NCBI RefSeq assembly: GCF_006345805.1
Contig: NC_043000.1
Location: forward strand, 35,650,001 to 35,714,000
From: Octopus sinensis
Taxonomy: Eukaryota
Direction: 5' to 3'
Length of the DNA stretch: 64,000 nucleotides
Shown here: positions 1 through 10,934 of the stretch, one piece after another
Layout of the letters: each line of letters starts with the position of its first letter
Numbering within the stretch: the first letter of the stretch is position 1
Program-made: the position numbers and the translations under genes
The notes under the pieces: generated by a model
What the model was told of the DNA's origin: nothing
What the model saw: only the letters and a program-made list of their open reading frames with translations
Database searches by the model: none

Positions 1-554
1 CAGCAGTCACGGCTCATGTTTCACTGCTGTGAAGCATGGCAGTTCGCATGAATGAAAAGGGGAAGGCAAAAATCCTTTAGAACTTTGACTTCCATACAGA
101 CAGAGCACCGAAGGCTGGATATATTAACCTTTAAAAGGGACAAACAAGAGTGCCTAATAATCACCGTGGCAGTGCCAGGAGATCAACATATTATCATGAA
201 AGAAAGAGGAAAAGTTAATAAATATGGAGACCTGAGAATTGAGATTGCTAAGATGTGGCAGCTACGGGAGTCAAACATAAAAGTTATCTCTGTTGTCATT
301 GGAGCATTGGCTTCAATACCACCCAATCTGAAAAAATATCTGAAAACTTTAAAGATATCCTACAATCTAGATGTATTGCAAAAGTCAGCATTACTTGGAA
401 CTGTACACATATTGCATTAAAGTACAATCTGTTTGAGGTCCTTGTTGCGATTTGACAAACAGTACAAATCCCCCGGTAGATACAATATCTTCAATCAACA
501 ACCTCATGATATTGTATACTGTGCAATGTCTATAACAACAACAACAACAATAAT
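1..554 (+). mobile_element. 3' end of R4/Dong-clade non-LTR retrotransposon (restriction-like endonuclease domain, 3' UTR, (CAA)n tail)
   Basis: ORF 52-420 reads HRRLDIL..RDKQECLIITVAVPGDQHIIMKERGKVNKYGDLRIEIAKMW...VISVVIGALASIP...LQKSALLGTVHIL, the PD..D..P.D...KE.EK..KY RLE pattern of R4/Dong elements. It is followed by an (AAC)n tail at ~533-550. Confidence 0.8.
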
Positions 555-819
555 GGTCATTTCCATCGATTTCAATGTGTGAGTGTTTGAAGGAGAGGAT
601 TTAAAGATAAAAAAGTGGGAAAAGGAAAACCCTTTTTAAGAAGAAAAGAAGCTGCATCTATTTGTGATGGATGGATGAATGTGATTTGAGTCCAGGAATG
701 GATTTTGTTAGGAAGTCAAAATGAGGACATTGAAGATTTTGGTTTTGCCTAGGATTGGGGAAAACATGTCTGTTGATTGCAGAATTCTTTTATTGTTCTT
801 TTTCTTCGTCTCAAATTGT

Positions 820-1260
820 TTTGATGTTGGGATAAAATTTCAATCTTGTTGATGCTGAGAGTCAGTCCAAATGCAAGGAGCTACCATAACAAACCTGTTG
901 AGTATTTTCTGAATTCCCTCAAATAAAGGAAAAATCAGAGCACAATCAGCAAAAAGAAACTCACATGGAATCATTTCTTTGTTTTTTTTTTTCTTTGATT
1001 TGAAACTTTGCCCCTTCAGGTTAAGTAGACCTCCTTCTGTGTGTAATTGGAATTTTACACTTCCATGGTAATCCCTGAAAGCATGTTGGAACATCGTTGT
1101 AAAGAATATGGAAAAATTCAGGAGCTAAAACACAGCCCTGTTTGGTTCCACTGGCAACAGAAAATGTCTCTGAACATTAACTACAAGATGTCACTGGTGG
1201 TATCATTCCTTTATGCAGGGATACTATCACCTTTATCATTTTATCAGGAAGACCAACTTT
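820..1260 (-). mobile_element. Decayed RTE-clade LINE reverse-transcriptase fragment
   Basis: Minus strand gives IVSLHKGM..SETFSVASGTKQGCV and HTEGGLLNLK...EFLFADCAL (GVKQG and LFADD motifs of RTE/BovB RT), with frameshifts and stops. Confidence 0.7.
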
Positions 1261-1504
1261 TGACAAAACTTTCTGAGGGCCTAATACTAAACAAAAAGGG
1301 ACAATACATCACAAAGAACAAGTGGGGCTTAGTACAAAAGTTTGTGTATAAAATTGAAACAGGGACAATTAACAACAACAATCAACAATCAAATGCCCCA
1401 AATGATGAGGTGGGGAGTTTGACACAGGGATAACCAAGGAACCCCACATATCCTGACTACTCCAATTGCCAGGGGCACCTCAGCAAGTGCCTTTCTCCTT
1501 CTCA

Positions 1505-1800
1505 ACTCCTCTTTCAGTTTACAAGCATATGTTCAGAGTAGGCCTGTTCACGTGGGTCATCTTCACAACGTTTACCCACCTTTCAACTAAATTTACTGGT
1601 GGGGTGGGGGTGGGCAATGCTTCCCACTCCACCCTCACTTTTCTTTTCAAGTGGAATTTGAAAATGTTGATTCGGGCTTGTTTGAAGAGGAAAGAATCTG
1701 TCATCAGTCCTTTCAGCCTCATCCACGAAACTTTGCCATAGCCACCAGAGGTAAACTGCCTTCTCTTCTCAGCCAAAAGAAGGCGGTGGGGTGTCTTCAC
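1505..1800 (-). mobile_element. Tx1/L1-like LINE ORF2 C-terminal fragment (copy 1)
   Basis: KVSWMRLKGLMTDSFLFKQARINIFKFHLKRKVRVEWEAL..LVERWVNVVKM; clearly paralogous to copy 2 at 2326-2531. Confidence 0.6.
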
Positions 1801-2049
1801 AATGGACTTGACTGATAACCAGAATAATAACAATGATGATTTCAAATTTTGGCACAAGGCCAGCAGTTCCAGGGAAGTGGGTAAGTTGATTACATCAAGC
1901 CCCAGTATACAACTGGTTCTTATGTTATCGACCCTGGAAGTATGAAAGGCAAATTTGACCATGGTGGAATTTGAACTCAGAACTTTAAGACTGACAAAAT
2001 GCCACTAAGCTTTTTGCCTGGTGGGCTAATGATTCTACTAGCTCACTAC

Positions 2050-2084
<35 letters not shown>

Positions 2085-2086
<2 letters not shown>

Positions 2087-2535
2087 TCTTTTATTGGCCA
2101 CAAGGGCTTACATAAAATTACATTAAAAGACATAAATAACATAAAAAAAAACAGGATGATACAAAGGGTTTTACAACGCGTAAACAATATAAATAACAAT
2201 TAAAAATAAGACAAATTAAAACTCCCAATAGGGGAGGCACTTTAAGGACCTCATGAAAAAATCCATAAAAGCCATGGGTATCTGAACAACAAGGCAAGAG
2301 CCCTTCCCCTTTTTTCTTCAGGTGCATGCTCAGAATTGGTCCTTTCACACTGGCCATTCTTCCAACATTCACCCACCTTTCAACAAACTTGCTACAAGGC
2401 AACACTTCCCTCTTTCCCCCCAATTTCCTTTTCAAGGGAAACTTGAAAAAGTTGATGAGGGCTTGGCCAAAGAGGAAAGTGGCTGTCTTTAGCCCTTTCA
2501 AATGGGACCACCATACTATCTCTTTCGCCACTAGA
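2085..2535 (-). mobile_element. Tx1/L1-like LINE 3' end (ORF2 C-terminus, 3' UTR, AATAAA, (ATT)n tail) (copy 2)
   Basis: KEIVWWSHLKGLKTATFLFGQALINFFKFPLKRKLGGKREVLPCSKFVERWVNVGRM. The minus strand ends ...GCCCTTGTGGCCAATAAAGAATTT followed by (ATT)n. Confidence 0.6.
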
Positions 2536-2838
2536 CAATAATAATAATAGTTTCAAATTTTGCTACCAGGGAAGCAGTTTTGGGGGAGGGGATTGCCCCC
2601 AGTGATTCAATGGTACTTAATTTATCGACCCCGAAAGGATGAAAGGCAAAGTCAACCTTGGCGGAATTTGAACTCAGAACATAAAGACTGACAAAATACC
2701 ACTATCAAGTCAGGACTTGGCTGGTACTTTATCAACCCTGGAGGGACAGAAATAAAAAAAATGTTGGTTTTGACTGTATTTGAACTTAGAACTATAAGTA
2801 CCAGATATTTTTTCTGATGCTTTGAATTAATCTAGCAT

Positions 2839-3000
2839 ATTTATTTCTTTATTGCCTACAAGGGGCTAAACATAGAAGGGACAAACGACAGACAAAAGGA
2901 TTAAGTCAATTACATCGACCCAGTGTGCAGCTGGTACTTAATTAATCGACCCCGAAAGGTTGAAAGGCGAAGTTGACCTCGGCGAATTTGAATTTAAAAA
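2839..3000 (-). mobile_element. tRNA-derived SINE family A (Octopus OR-type, Nin/Deu-like central domain), partial
   Basis: Core GAGGTCRACTTTGCCTTTCATCCTTTCGGGGTCGATAAATTAAGTACCAG recurs throughout the window. Other copies lie at about 1840-2046(-), 2540-2700(-), 6600-6790(+), 18235-18460(+), 21378-21585(+) and 44425-44575(-). Confidence 0.8.
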
Positions 3001-3639
3001 TTAGCATAATATAGGTATTTTACGTTATTCTTCTCACATGGAAGAAAGGACCATTTCGACCCCAACAGGATTTCACAGAATACAAAACTGCAAGGCTCGT
3101 CGTATGCTTTTTTTTTTTTTTGTAGTTCCGACTAATTCACCCTCGATTTTTTTAATGAAAACACAAAATTTCAGATTTATAAATGATTTTAAATGTGACA
3201 AAGGAGACTTTCCTGAAAACCAGGAAAAAAGTAAAGTGGCTATTAACCAGGAAAGGAAACAAGTAACAGATTCCCTTTGTAGTTTATTATTTATAAATTA
3301 CGGAGACTAATTCGTTGATGGATATCTTGTTTGGGTATGAAAACAATTTTCTCTTTACAAGACCACGTTTGGTCCTCATTAATTACTGGTATTTTTGTTG
3401 TGGCAAAGTGCTAACTACATAGAACTCTTGTAGCATCACCAACATCACTACAAGTAGATATTCGTATCCAACAAGGATTCTATCGTCAGAATATTTCTTA
3501 CTCACAAAAAAACGTTAAAAATAAAGAATTTGATATTTCCATGAAGCAACACCGAAATGATATGTTAATCTAAAAATAAAATTTTGAATTTGAATTCGAT
3601 CATAAATCGAGGAAATATTGTTAAAGATAAGGAAAAAAA

Positions 3640-3934
3640 AAACGGGGTAGGAAGCTATGTTGTATTTTACTACGATACCAAAAATAATTGCCAACTTTAC
3701 TATAAGACAACTGGTGGGAAAATGGCGGTGTAGTTACGGCAGCAAGGGCGGTTCCCTGCCCGCGTCGAACTAGCATCAGTAACAGCAGCAGCAGCAGTTG
3801 CGGTAGCAGTAGTACGACGACTGCTACAAGTGAACGGGTACATGCCTCGCTACGCTAGGAGGTTCTTAAAGTGTGGATGTCGCCAGACACTGGAATAATT
3901 CTCGCTGACACTGCTTGCGTCGACGGTTAGAGGA
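3640..3934 (+). promoter_or_regulatory. CpG-rich promoter/5' UTR of GRIPAP1, with YY1-like AAAATGGCGG (3719-3728) and three short upstream ORFs
   Basis: CpG-dense, GC-richer island directly before the ATG at 3935. The uORFs are 3722-3733 (MAV*), 3842-3898 (18 aa) and 3877-3930 (17 aa). The TSS itself cannot be placed from sequence. Confidence 0.55.
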
Positions 3935-3976
3935 ATGGCAACTGCCTTGTCAGAAGAGGAGTTCCATCGGATGCAG
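3935..3976 (+). CDS. GRIPAP1: GRIP1-associated protein 1 (GRASP-1), coding exon 1
   Basis: Encodes MATALSEEEFHRMQ, versus recalled human N-terminus MAQALSEEEFQRMQ. It ends at a strong donor CAG|GTGAGA (phase 0) and follows a CpG-rich leader. Confidence 0.92.
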
Positions 3977-4144
3977 GTGAGAGAAAATACAGAGTATTTT
4001 TAACTTAATTTCTACATCTATTCTAAATCCATTAACAACATCCAACTCGGGTAAAGAGTTTCTCATTCCCAGCCACGCTTACTCTCTATCTACCTCTCAT
4101 ACTATTACTCTATCTATGTCACCCACTCTCTTTTTAACACACTC

Positions 4145-4312
4145 TCTCTATTCCTTTCACCTTCTCTTTTTCTCTTATACAATCTTTTACCCTTTCTTCT
4201 CTTATACAATCTTTTACCCTTTCTTCTCTCTTATACAATCACTCCCTCTCTTAATACAATTACTCTTTTTTTTCTCTCTTATACGATCACTCCCTCTCTT
4301 AATACAATTATT
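4145..4312. repeat. Short minisatellite (~30-45 bp units containing TCTCTTATACAATC)
   Basis: TCTCTTATACAATCTTTTACCCTTTCTTC occurs twice, followed by two TCTCTTATAC(A/G)ATCACTCCCTCTCTTAATACAATT units. Confidence 0.7.
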
Positions 4313-5995
4313 CTCTGTTTTCTCTCTCTCTCTTTTTCTCCCCCTCTCTCCATTTCCTCTCTTTGATAATTGTGTTGCCACTGACTGACAATAAAAACCT
4401 AGTTTCTTTTTCGTTCGTTGAAGTCAAGAGAGAAAATTTATTTATATTCATCTCTTGTTGACATTTTCCTGATGAGATTGTTTTATTTTCCTCTCCCTGA
4501 CTTCATTCAACTTTTACGATTTTGTCATAACAAATTCCTGACGGGTGTTTATTATATACGAGAGACAAATGTATGTGTCTTAGTATTTAAGCTCTCAGTG
4601 GTTAATTCTGGTAGAGCAGACAGGCCTGTAAGAATTTCCACCCATGACAATCCCATTTTAATTCAATGTGGTTTCTATGACTACACAATTCCGGGTGTCT
4701 TCCCCTTTTTAAAGACGACAGGGTGTGGTTTGGGAAAGATTTTAGCCGCTATTTCTTGCTTTAGTGTTTTAGTTTTTTTTATTGTTTAACCCTCGGTCTA
4801 TCGTAGTCGAGCAAACCTCCGTTTAAAAGCATTGCAGCTATAACCATCTCTTATTTTCTCTTTATGCAGACAACCTAGAACCGTTTTATACAACGTGTTC
4901 TTTTCTAAGACAGTAATCCATGATTTAAGGGAGATTTAGTTGCTATGTTTAGCAGGACAAACGACCAGGTGTAGCCTGTGTCATTAGCTCGTATTGGTGT
5001 GGTAGTGGTTACCTTTACCAGTTACTGTTGGAACATGTGTTAAGTGCCAGCATCCCAGGGTGATATTGACCATGGGAGTGGGTAGTCTTCGTGTTCTTTT
5101 GGCCTGTTAGAAACACTAATGAATTCTCCCTCAATCTTATCGCCTAGAAAAAGGCATGACGCATTGTATATGATGTAGTCCTTGATGAATTGTGTCTAAA
5201 AACGAAAATAAAGAATACTAATAGCAGGAATTCTTTTAGTGAGAAGTCCTTGAATCGGGGCTGACCTGGGGCCGAAGAACCACCCCTGTTTATCATAAAA
5301 TAAACACACCACACACACAGACCCTGGGTCATGTGTAATTTGTGTCGAACAAATTAATAATAATTATTATAATAATAAACAAACATGTTAGAGGAAAGAA
5401 ATGAGGATAAAATTATTTCTGCTATATATCTCTCTCTATGTAATAAATCATCGTGTATTTGAGAGCAATTATTTATGATGGAATGTTTACTGTCTCCATT
5501 TTAGCTTCATCACTTGTTACTCTAAAATAATACCCCAAATGTATCTATTTCTGATCGATACATTCACTTCTTAGTGTGTCTGTATCTATCAGAAGGCAAA
5601 TACTACGAACACGCCACAAATATATATTTATATATGCTAGGTAGATAATCCAGTTGACTTTATTAATACTACTAATATATGTCTGTTTAATAGATGGGTT
5701 GTAATTAAAATGTCATGTACCACCACTAACCGACCTAGTGTTCCTCCTGCCAACGTGAGCCGACTAGCTTTACCATCTAATATCCTACAACTGTGACTAC
5801 TGGCTTTCCAAGACAAATCTTCTTCTTCTTCCTCATTTCTCTCTTCAGTTCCACTGATGTAGTTTACTTTGTTATTGTTTTTCTTCTCTTTTTATCCTCT
5901 CTTATACACACACCTTCTTCATCTTTCCATTAACGCGCATTTACACCACACCTCCATCACGATGTATATATCTCTAGTATTTATCTATGTGTCTT

Positions 5996-6109
5996 ATGTA
6001 TGTATGTATGTATGTATGTATAGATCTGTCTGTCTGTCTATCTATCTATCTGTCTGGTCTGTCTGTCTGTCAGTCTGTCTATCTATCTATCTGTCTATCT
6101 ATCTATCTG

Positions 6110-6180
<71 letters not shown>

Positions 6181-6185
6181 GTCTA
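5996..6185. repeat. Compound (TATG)n/(TCTG)n/(TCTA)n microsatellite
   Basis: Directly visible tetranucleotide runs. Confidence 0.9.
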
Positions 6186-7116
6186 ACTGCTCCCTAAAAC
6201 GAACTTACCAAAAAAAAAAACCCAAAAAAACAAAATAAAAAAAAGAGAAAGGACACCCTATCAATTTATTCTACAAACTCAGCGGGGGGAAAAACCCTGG
6301 TTCGTTTTATATCTAAAAAGAAAAGAAAATGAAAGAAAGATAAGAAAAAAAACCCCAGCACAAAACCAAAACAAAACAACGCTGGTCTTTTAATGTTAAC
6401 ATTGGTTCTTCAGACATCCACCTTTTTGCACACATTTATATATATATATATATATACATCATTCTTGTTGTTAATGTTCGTGTCGTGTAACCCCAGGTCA
6501 AGCCTGTTCCAGTTGGCCTTTCATGCGGATGTGTTGGTGTCATCATGTCACGAACCGCTCATTCTGGTCGTGACAAGAGTAATATTACGTTACGATTAAT
6601 GAAAGCTCAAATGTCGGACGAAATGCATAGTGGTCCTTTACGTTGTGAGTTCAAATTCGTCCGAGGTCGATGAGTTTGCCTTTCACCCTTTCAGGGTCGA
6701 TAAAATAACAACCAGTTAAACGCTGGGGGCTGATGTAATCGATTGAATCACACCACTAACATTTCTAGCTTTGTACCAGAAAACCGAAACCATTGACGGT
6801 ACTAATAAGGCCAATCACCACGAATATAATTCCAATCGAATCTAACCGTTCGATACTCGTCATTTTCTTCTGTTAGTTTTTGTTATAACGATATGAAATC
6901 GCAAATTACGGGAGCATATATGATATAATGAACGTTTGGACTGTTATTTCTAACAGTTTTGGTGACCACATGGCGGCCTTTCCTCGTTGTCTCGATCATA
7001 TTGATTCTGTTGTATAGCCCCCCCCCCGGTCAACCCTGATCGAATTGATTTACGATTAACGTGACCAAACCGTTACCACCCCATCTTTTTTTTAGACTCT
7101 GTATATCTACGAACAC

Positions 7117-7155
<39 letters not shown>

Positions 7156-7482
7156 GAAACTAGGTTGATTTGGCTGTTATAACTAGCATGTCGAGCGACC
7201 ACTTATGTCGTTGTGGTGATGACATTGATATAGTGGTGTTTGTGCAACAGCTGCTGTTTCAGACAACCCCGTTGCTGTTTGTTAGGGATGTGCGCGCGCG
7301 TGCGAGGGCAATTGATTAATATTCAATGAGTTTTTGTGCGTGTGTGTCTCGTGGTTCATCATAATCTTTGTAGGCTAGAGGTTGAAGCCAACACAAGATT
7401 ACACATATATGCACTGTACACATTAGTTGGTAGGCGCATGTCTTTATAGGTAATACACATTTATAAAAGGCATATATGTGTA

Positions 7483-7533
<51 letters not shown>

Positions 7534-7552
7534 CGTCACCTTACTCGCATTT

Positions 7553-7868
7553 GTGCCAGTGGCACGTGAACAAAACATTCGAGCGAGGTCTTTACCAGTG
7601 CCGCTGGACTGACTCCTGTGCAGGTGGCACGTAAAATACACCATTTGATTTGGCTGTTGCCAGTACTGCCAGACTGGCCCTCGTGCCGGTGGCACGTAAA
7701 AACACCCACTACACTTTCAGAGTGGTTGGCATTAGGAAGGGCATCCAGCTGTAGAAACTCTGCCAGATCAGATTGGAGCCTGGTGCAGCCATCTGGTTCG
7801 CCAGTCCTCAGTCAAATCGTTCAACCCATGCTAGCTTGCAAAGCAGACGTTACATGATGATGATGATG
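7553..7868 (+). mobile_element. 5'-truncated RTE 3'-UTR tail ('C-tail' repeat) ending in (GAT)n
   Basis: GTGGCACGTAAAA.CACCC...GTGGTTGGCATTAGGAAGGGCATCCAGCTGTAGAAAC...CCCATGCTAGC...GTTA(CAT)GATGATG, the same sequence that follows the RTE ORF at 36737-37236. About 20 further copies occur, e.g. 8130-8310+, 11570-11755+, 12318-12648+, 12920-13130-, 15168-15425-, 15811-16100-, 19040-19170-, 20870-21380+, 34933-35112-, 50365-50560-, 50790-50980+, 53645-53990-, 55893-56295-, 62017-62232-, 63010-63225-. Confidence 0.8.
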
Positions 7869-8533
7869 ATATATATATATATATAATCAGCCGAAATTGC
7901 GAAGATGATCCGGTTCTTGACTGAAGATTGAAGGCTTCGAATGTCCCGTCCGTGTTTTTTGTATCGTCTTCTAAATGTTTCACGTTCTTGTCCCAGTTTG
8001 TATTTTTTTACATTTACATATATATATACACACACACATACACACACACACACACACACACATTAACCTGTCATCATCTGGCATAAAGATACCTCCCTCA
8101 GTTGAGGAATCTGGCAGGTTAGTTGCTGATCTCACTTATGCTAGTGCCACATAAAAAGCATCCTATATATTCAGTAAAGCGGTTGGTATAAGGAAGGGCA
8201 GCCACAAAAAACAGTGCCAAAGCAGATAGAATTTGGCGCAGTCTTCTGGCTCATCAGCTCCTGTCAAAACTGTCCAACCCATGCCAGCATAGAAAATGGA
8301 CCTTAAATGGTAGTGATTAGTCACATAGACACACACATTATATATCAAAGTTGACAGTCTATACTGAATTTCAGCCTTAACTGGGCTGTTCACAACTGTG
8401 GAGACGAGATATCGAGTTTAATTAAAGGTAGGCGTGTCCACTTTACCCAGCCTATTGACTCTCTACCGGATTATGTTTGCTCTGTAAAATTTAATATTGA
8501 TATACCTTACTACTGCTACATTACTGAATTGGT

Positions 8534-8894
8534 AAAGATTGTTTGCCAACATAGCATGGCAGTCCTGGTTTAGGATGTATGTTGCTGTAATTTAGCCCCA
8601 GGAAACATTGTCTCCAGCTGGCTATATGACATGATCTGTGTCCTTCTATGTTTGAACAAAGGAATCCAACAGCCCCACTCAGCTCAAAACAATATCTGTG
8701 TATTGTGATTTCCAGGTTATTTCCCTTCATCAGTACAGAATAATAGTTTGGCTAGAGGTGGTGCCGCCAAATTCCCATTCGAAATATATAGTTTTCAAAG
8801 TGACAACTAGTCACTGATCTATAAATTAGGGGCTAAATTACAGCAACATTTGTCCTAAACCAAGACTGTCATGTTATGTTGGCAAACAATCTTT
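8534..8894. mobile_element. Inverted-repeat element (~66-bp arms) with internal hammerhead-like motif; Penelope-derived fold-back or MITE
   Basis: Arms 8534-8599 and 8829-8894 are reverse complements with few mismatches. Minus strand 8739-8695 reads TCTGTA-CTGATGA-AGG-GAAATAA-CCT-G-GAAA-T-CACA-ATA-CACAGA. Confidence 0.6.
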
Positions 8895-9101
8895 TGCTGA
8901 ATATCTTTCGTTGTGAGATTTAAAAAGAGTAATTTTCTGATATATATATATATATACACATACATATGAGAGGGATATGTATATAATACAATTTACTGAA
9001 CCTTCAGATTTTTATATGCTAGACCACTGGTGTGTAATTGATGTTAATTAAATTAATAACCAATTTCTCACCTTCATTTTAAATTACTATATATACACAC
9101 A

Positions 9102-9830
9102 TATGAAGGGTGGTATCAAAAAGTTCCCGGACTAGTTCTGTAGCGTGCCAACAGATGGCAGCACACAGTTGCGTACACAGTGAGAGCTAGCAGTGACTTT
9201 CACAAGACAGAGCGTCAAGTGACATCGTTGTGTCTGCTTCCCAAGTTGTGAAATTTGTGTTTTTGTGATCATGTGTGTATGGTGTAGTTTGTGATTCTTG
9301 TCATGGACAGGAACAAAGAGCCAACGTGAAATTCTGTTTTGAACTTGGGAAGTCTGCAACAGAGACATTGGAGCATGCTTCGGCATGCTTATGGCAGTGA
9401 GACAGTAAGGTTGTATGCAATGTTTCAAAATGGCACGGGTGCTTCGAAAGTAGAAGAACGTCCCTGGAAGACAATGATTGATCTGGAAGACCTGCTACGA
9501 GTGTCACACCTGGAAATGTGGTACTGTGCATCGAGAACTTAACCTCCCCCTCCGGGGGGGGGAGGTTTTAGAATGTTGAGAGTTCCACTACGATGTTTGG
9601 AAGCATTTGAGGGAGAACGTTCAGCAGAAGGGACTGGATCTGTGGAGCTCAATGAATTAGATTCTTCATGACAACAATGCATCCGGTCACTGACCTCTCC
9701 TCACTTGAGAGTTTCTCGTCAAAAACAACATGGTTGTATGTTCCTTCACCTGTCCTATTTTCTAGATTTAGCACCTGTAGACTTGCATTTCTTCCTCTCT
9801 TCCTGAAGATGAAAATTGGTTGGACAGCTT
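9102..9830 (+). mobile_element. Decayed mariner DNA transposon (left TIR plus transposase remnants)
   Basis: TA + TGAAGGGTGGTATCAAAAAGTTCCCGGACT (mariner-type TIR). Remnants read EQRANVKFCFELGKSATET..MLRHAYGSE, and SGRPATSVTPGNV, with catalytic-end remnants DNASGH..EFLVKNNMV and SYFLDLAPVD..LFLKMK (YSPDLAP.D motif). Confidence 0.8.
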
Positions 9831-9944
9831 GGCAGGTAAGGCTGAAGAATGCACCAAGTGCCACCATCTTCTTTGGCATAGTTTTTATGGCTGGATGTCT
9901 TTCCAAATGCTTACCAATTTTTATGTAAGAATCAGAGACTCCTT

Positions 9945-10880
9945 TCTTCTCTCCTTTTTTGCTCGCCTTTTTTGCTCTCCTTCTTTTCTGTCCCTTTCTT
10001 CTCTCCCATTTTCTCTTCTTTTTTGCTCTCCTTTTCTCTCTCCTTTCTTCTCTCCTTTTTTGCTCTCCTTTTTCTCTCTCTTTCTTCTTCCTTTTTTGCT
10101 CTCCTTCATTGCTCTCCTTTTTTGATCTCCTTTTTTCTCTCCCTTTTTTCTTTCCTTCCTTCTCTCCTTTCTTCTCTCCCATTTTCTCTTCTTTTTTTGC
10201 TCCCCTTTCTTCTCTCCTTTCCTCTCTCCCTTTCTTTTTTTCCCTCTCCTTTTTTGCTCTCCTTCCTTGCTCTCCTTTTTATCTCCTTTTTTCTCTCCTT
10301 TCTCCTTTTTTGCTCTCCTTTTTGCTTTCCTTTTTTGTTCTATTTTGTCTCTCCGTTTCTTCTTTTTGCCCTCCTTCTCTCCTTTTTTTGCTCTCCTTCC
10401 TTGCTCTCCTTTGTCTCTCCTTTCTTCTCTCATTCTCTCCTTTTTTGTTCTTCTTTGCTTTCCTTTTTTGCTCTCCTCCTTTTCTGTCCCTTTCTTCTCT
10501 CCTTCCTTGCTCTCCTTCCTTGCTCTCCTTCCTTGCTCTCCTTTTCTCTCTCCCTTTTCTCTCCTTTCTTCTCTCCTATTTTGCTCTCTTTTCTTTCTCT
10601 CCCTTTTTGCGCTCCTTCTCTGCTCCCCTTTCTTCTCTTGTTTCTTTTCTCCTTTTTTTGCTCTCCTTTTCTTTCTCTTTTCTCTCTCCTTTTTTATCTC
10701 CCTTCTCCCCTTTTTTGCTCTCCTTCCTTGCTCTCCTTATTTACTCTCATTCTTTGCTCTCCTTTTGTTGCTCTCCTTTTCTCTCTCCCTTTCTTCTCCT
10801 TTTTACTTCTTTCCTTTTTTCTCTCCTTTCTTCTCTCCTTTTTGCTCTCCTTTTTGCTCTCCTTGTTTCTCGTTTTTTCT
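9945..10880. repeat. ~930-bp complex polypyrimidine repeat (TTTTGCTCTCC/CTTT units)
   Basis: The + strand is almost purely C/T with periodic G; it generates the spurious F/L/S- and K/R/E-rich ORFs. Confidence 0.9.
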
Positions 10881-10934
10881 GTGTCCCTTGGGTTTCAGCG
10901 TTGTGACATTGATCAGCACCCAACAATCATCCAA

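Noticed and set aside
4152-4235. TCTCTTATACAATCT resembling the Tn5/Nextera mosaic end (CTGTCTCTTATACACATCT)
   Set aside because: Only a partial match, repeated as part of a diverging local minisatellite; consistent with chance rather than adapter contamination.
7910-7950. CTGAAGATTGAAGGCTTCGAAT as a hammerhead
   Set aside because: GAAT instead of GAAA and no viable helix II loop; kept only as a TA-flanked fragment.
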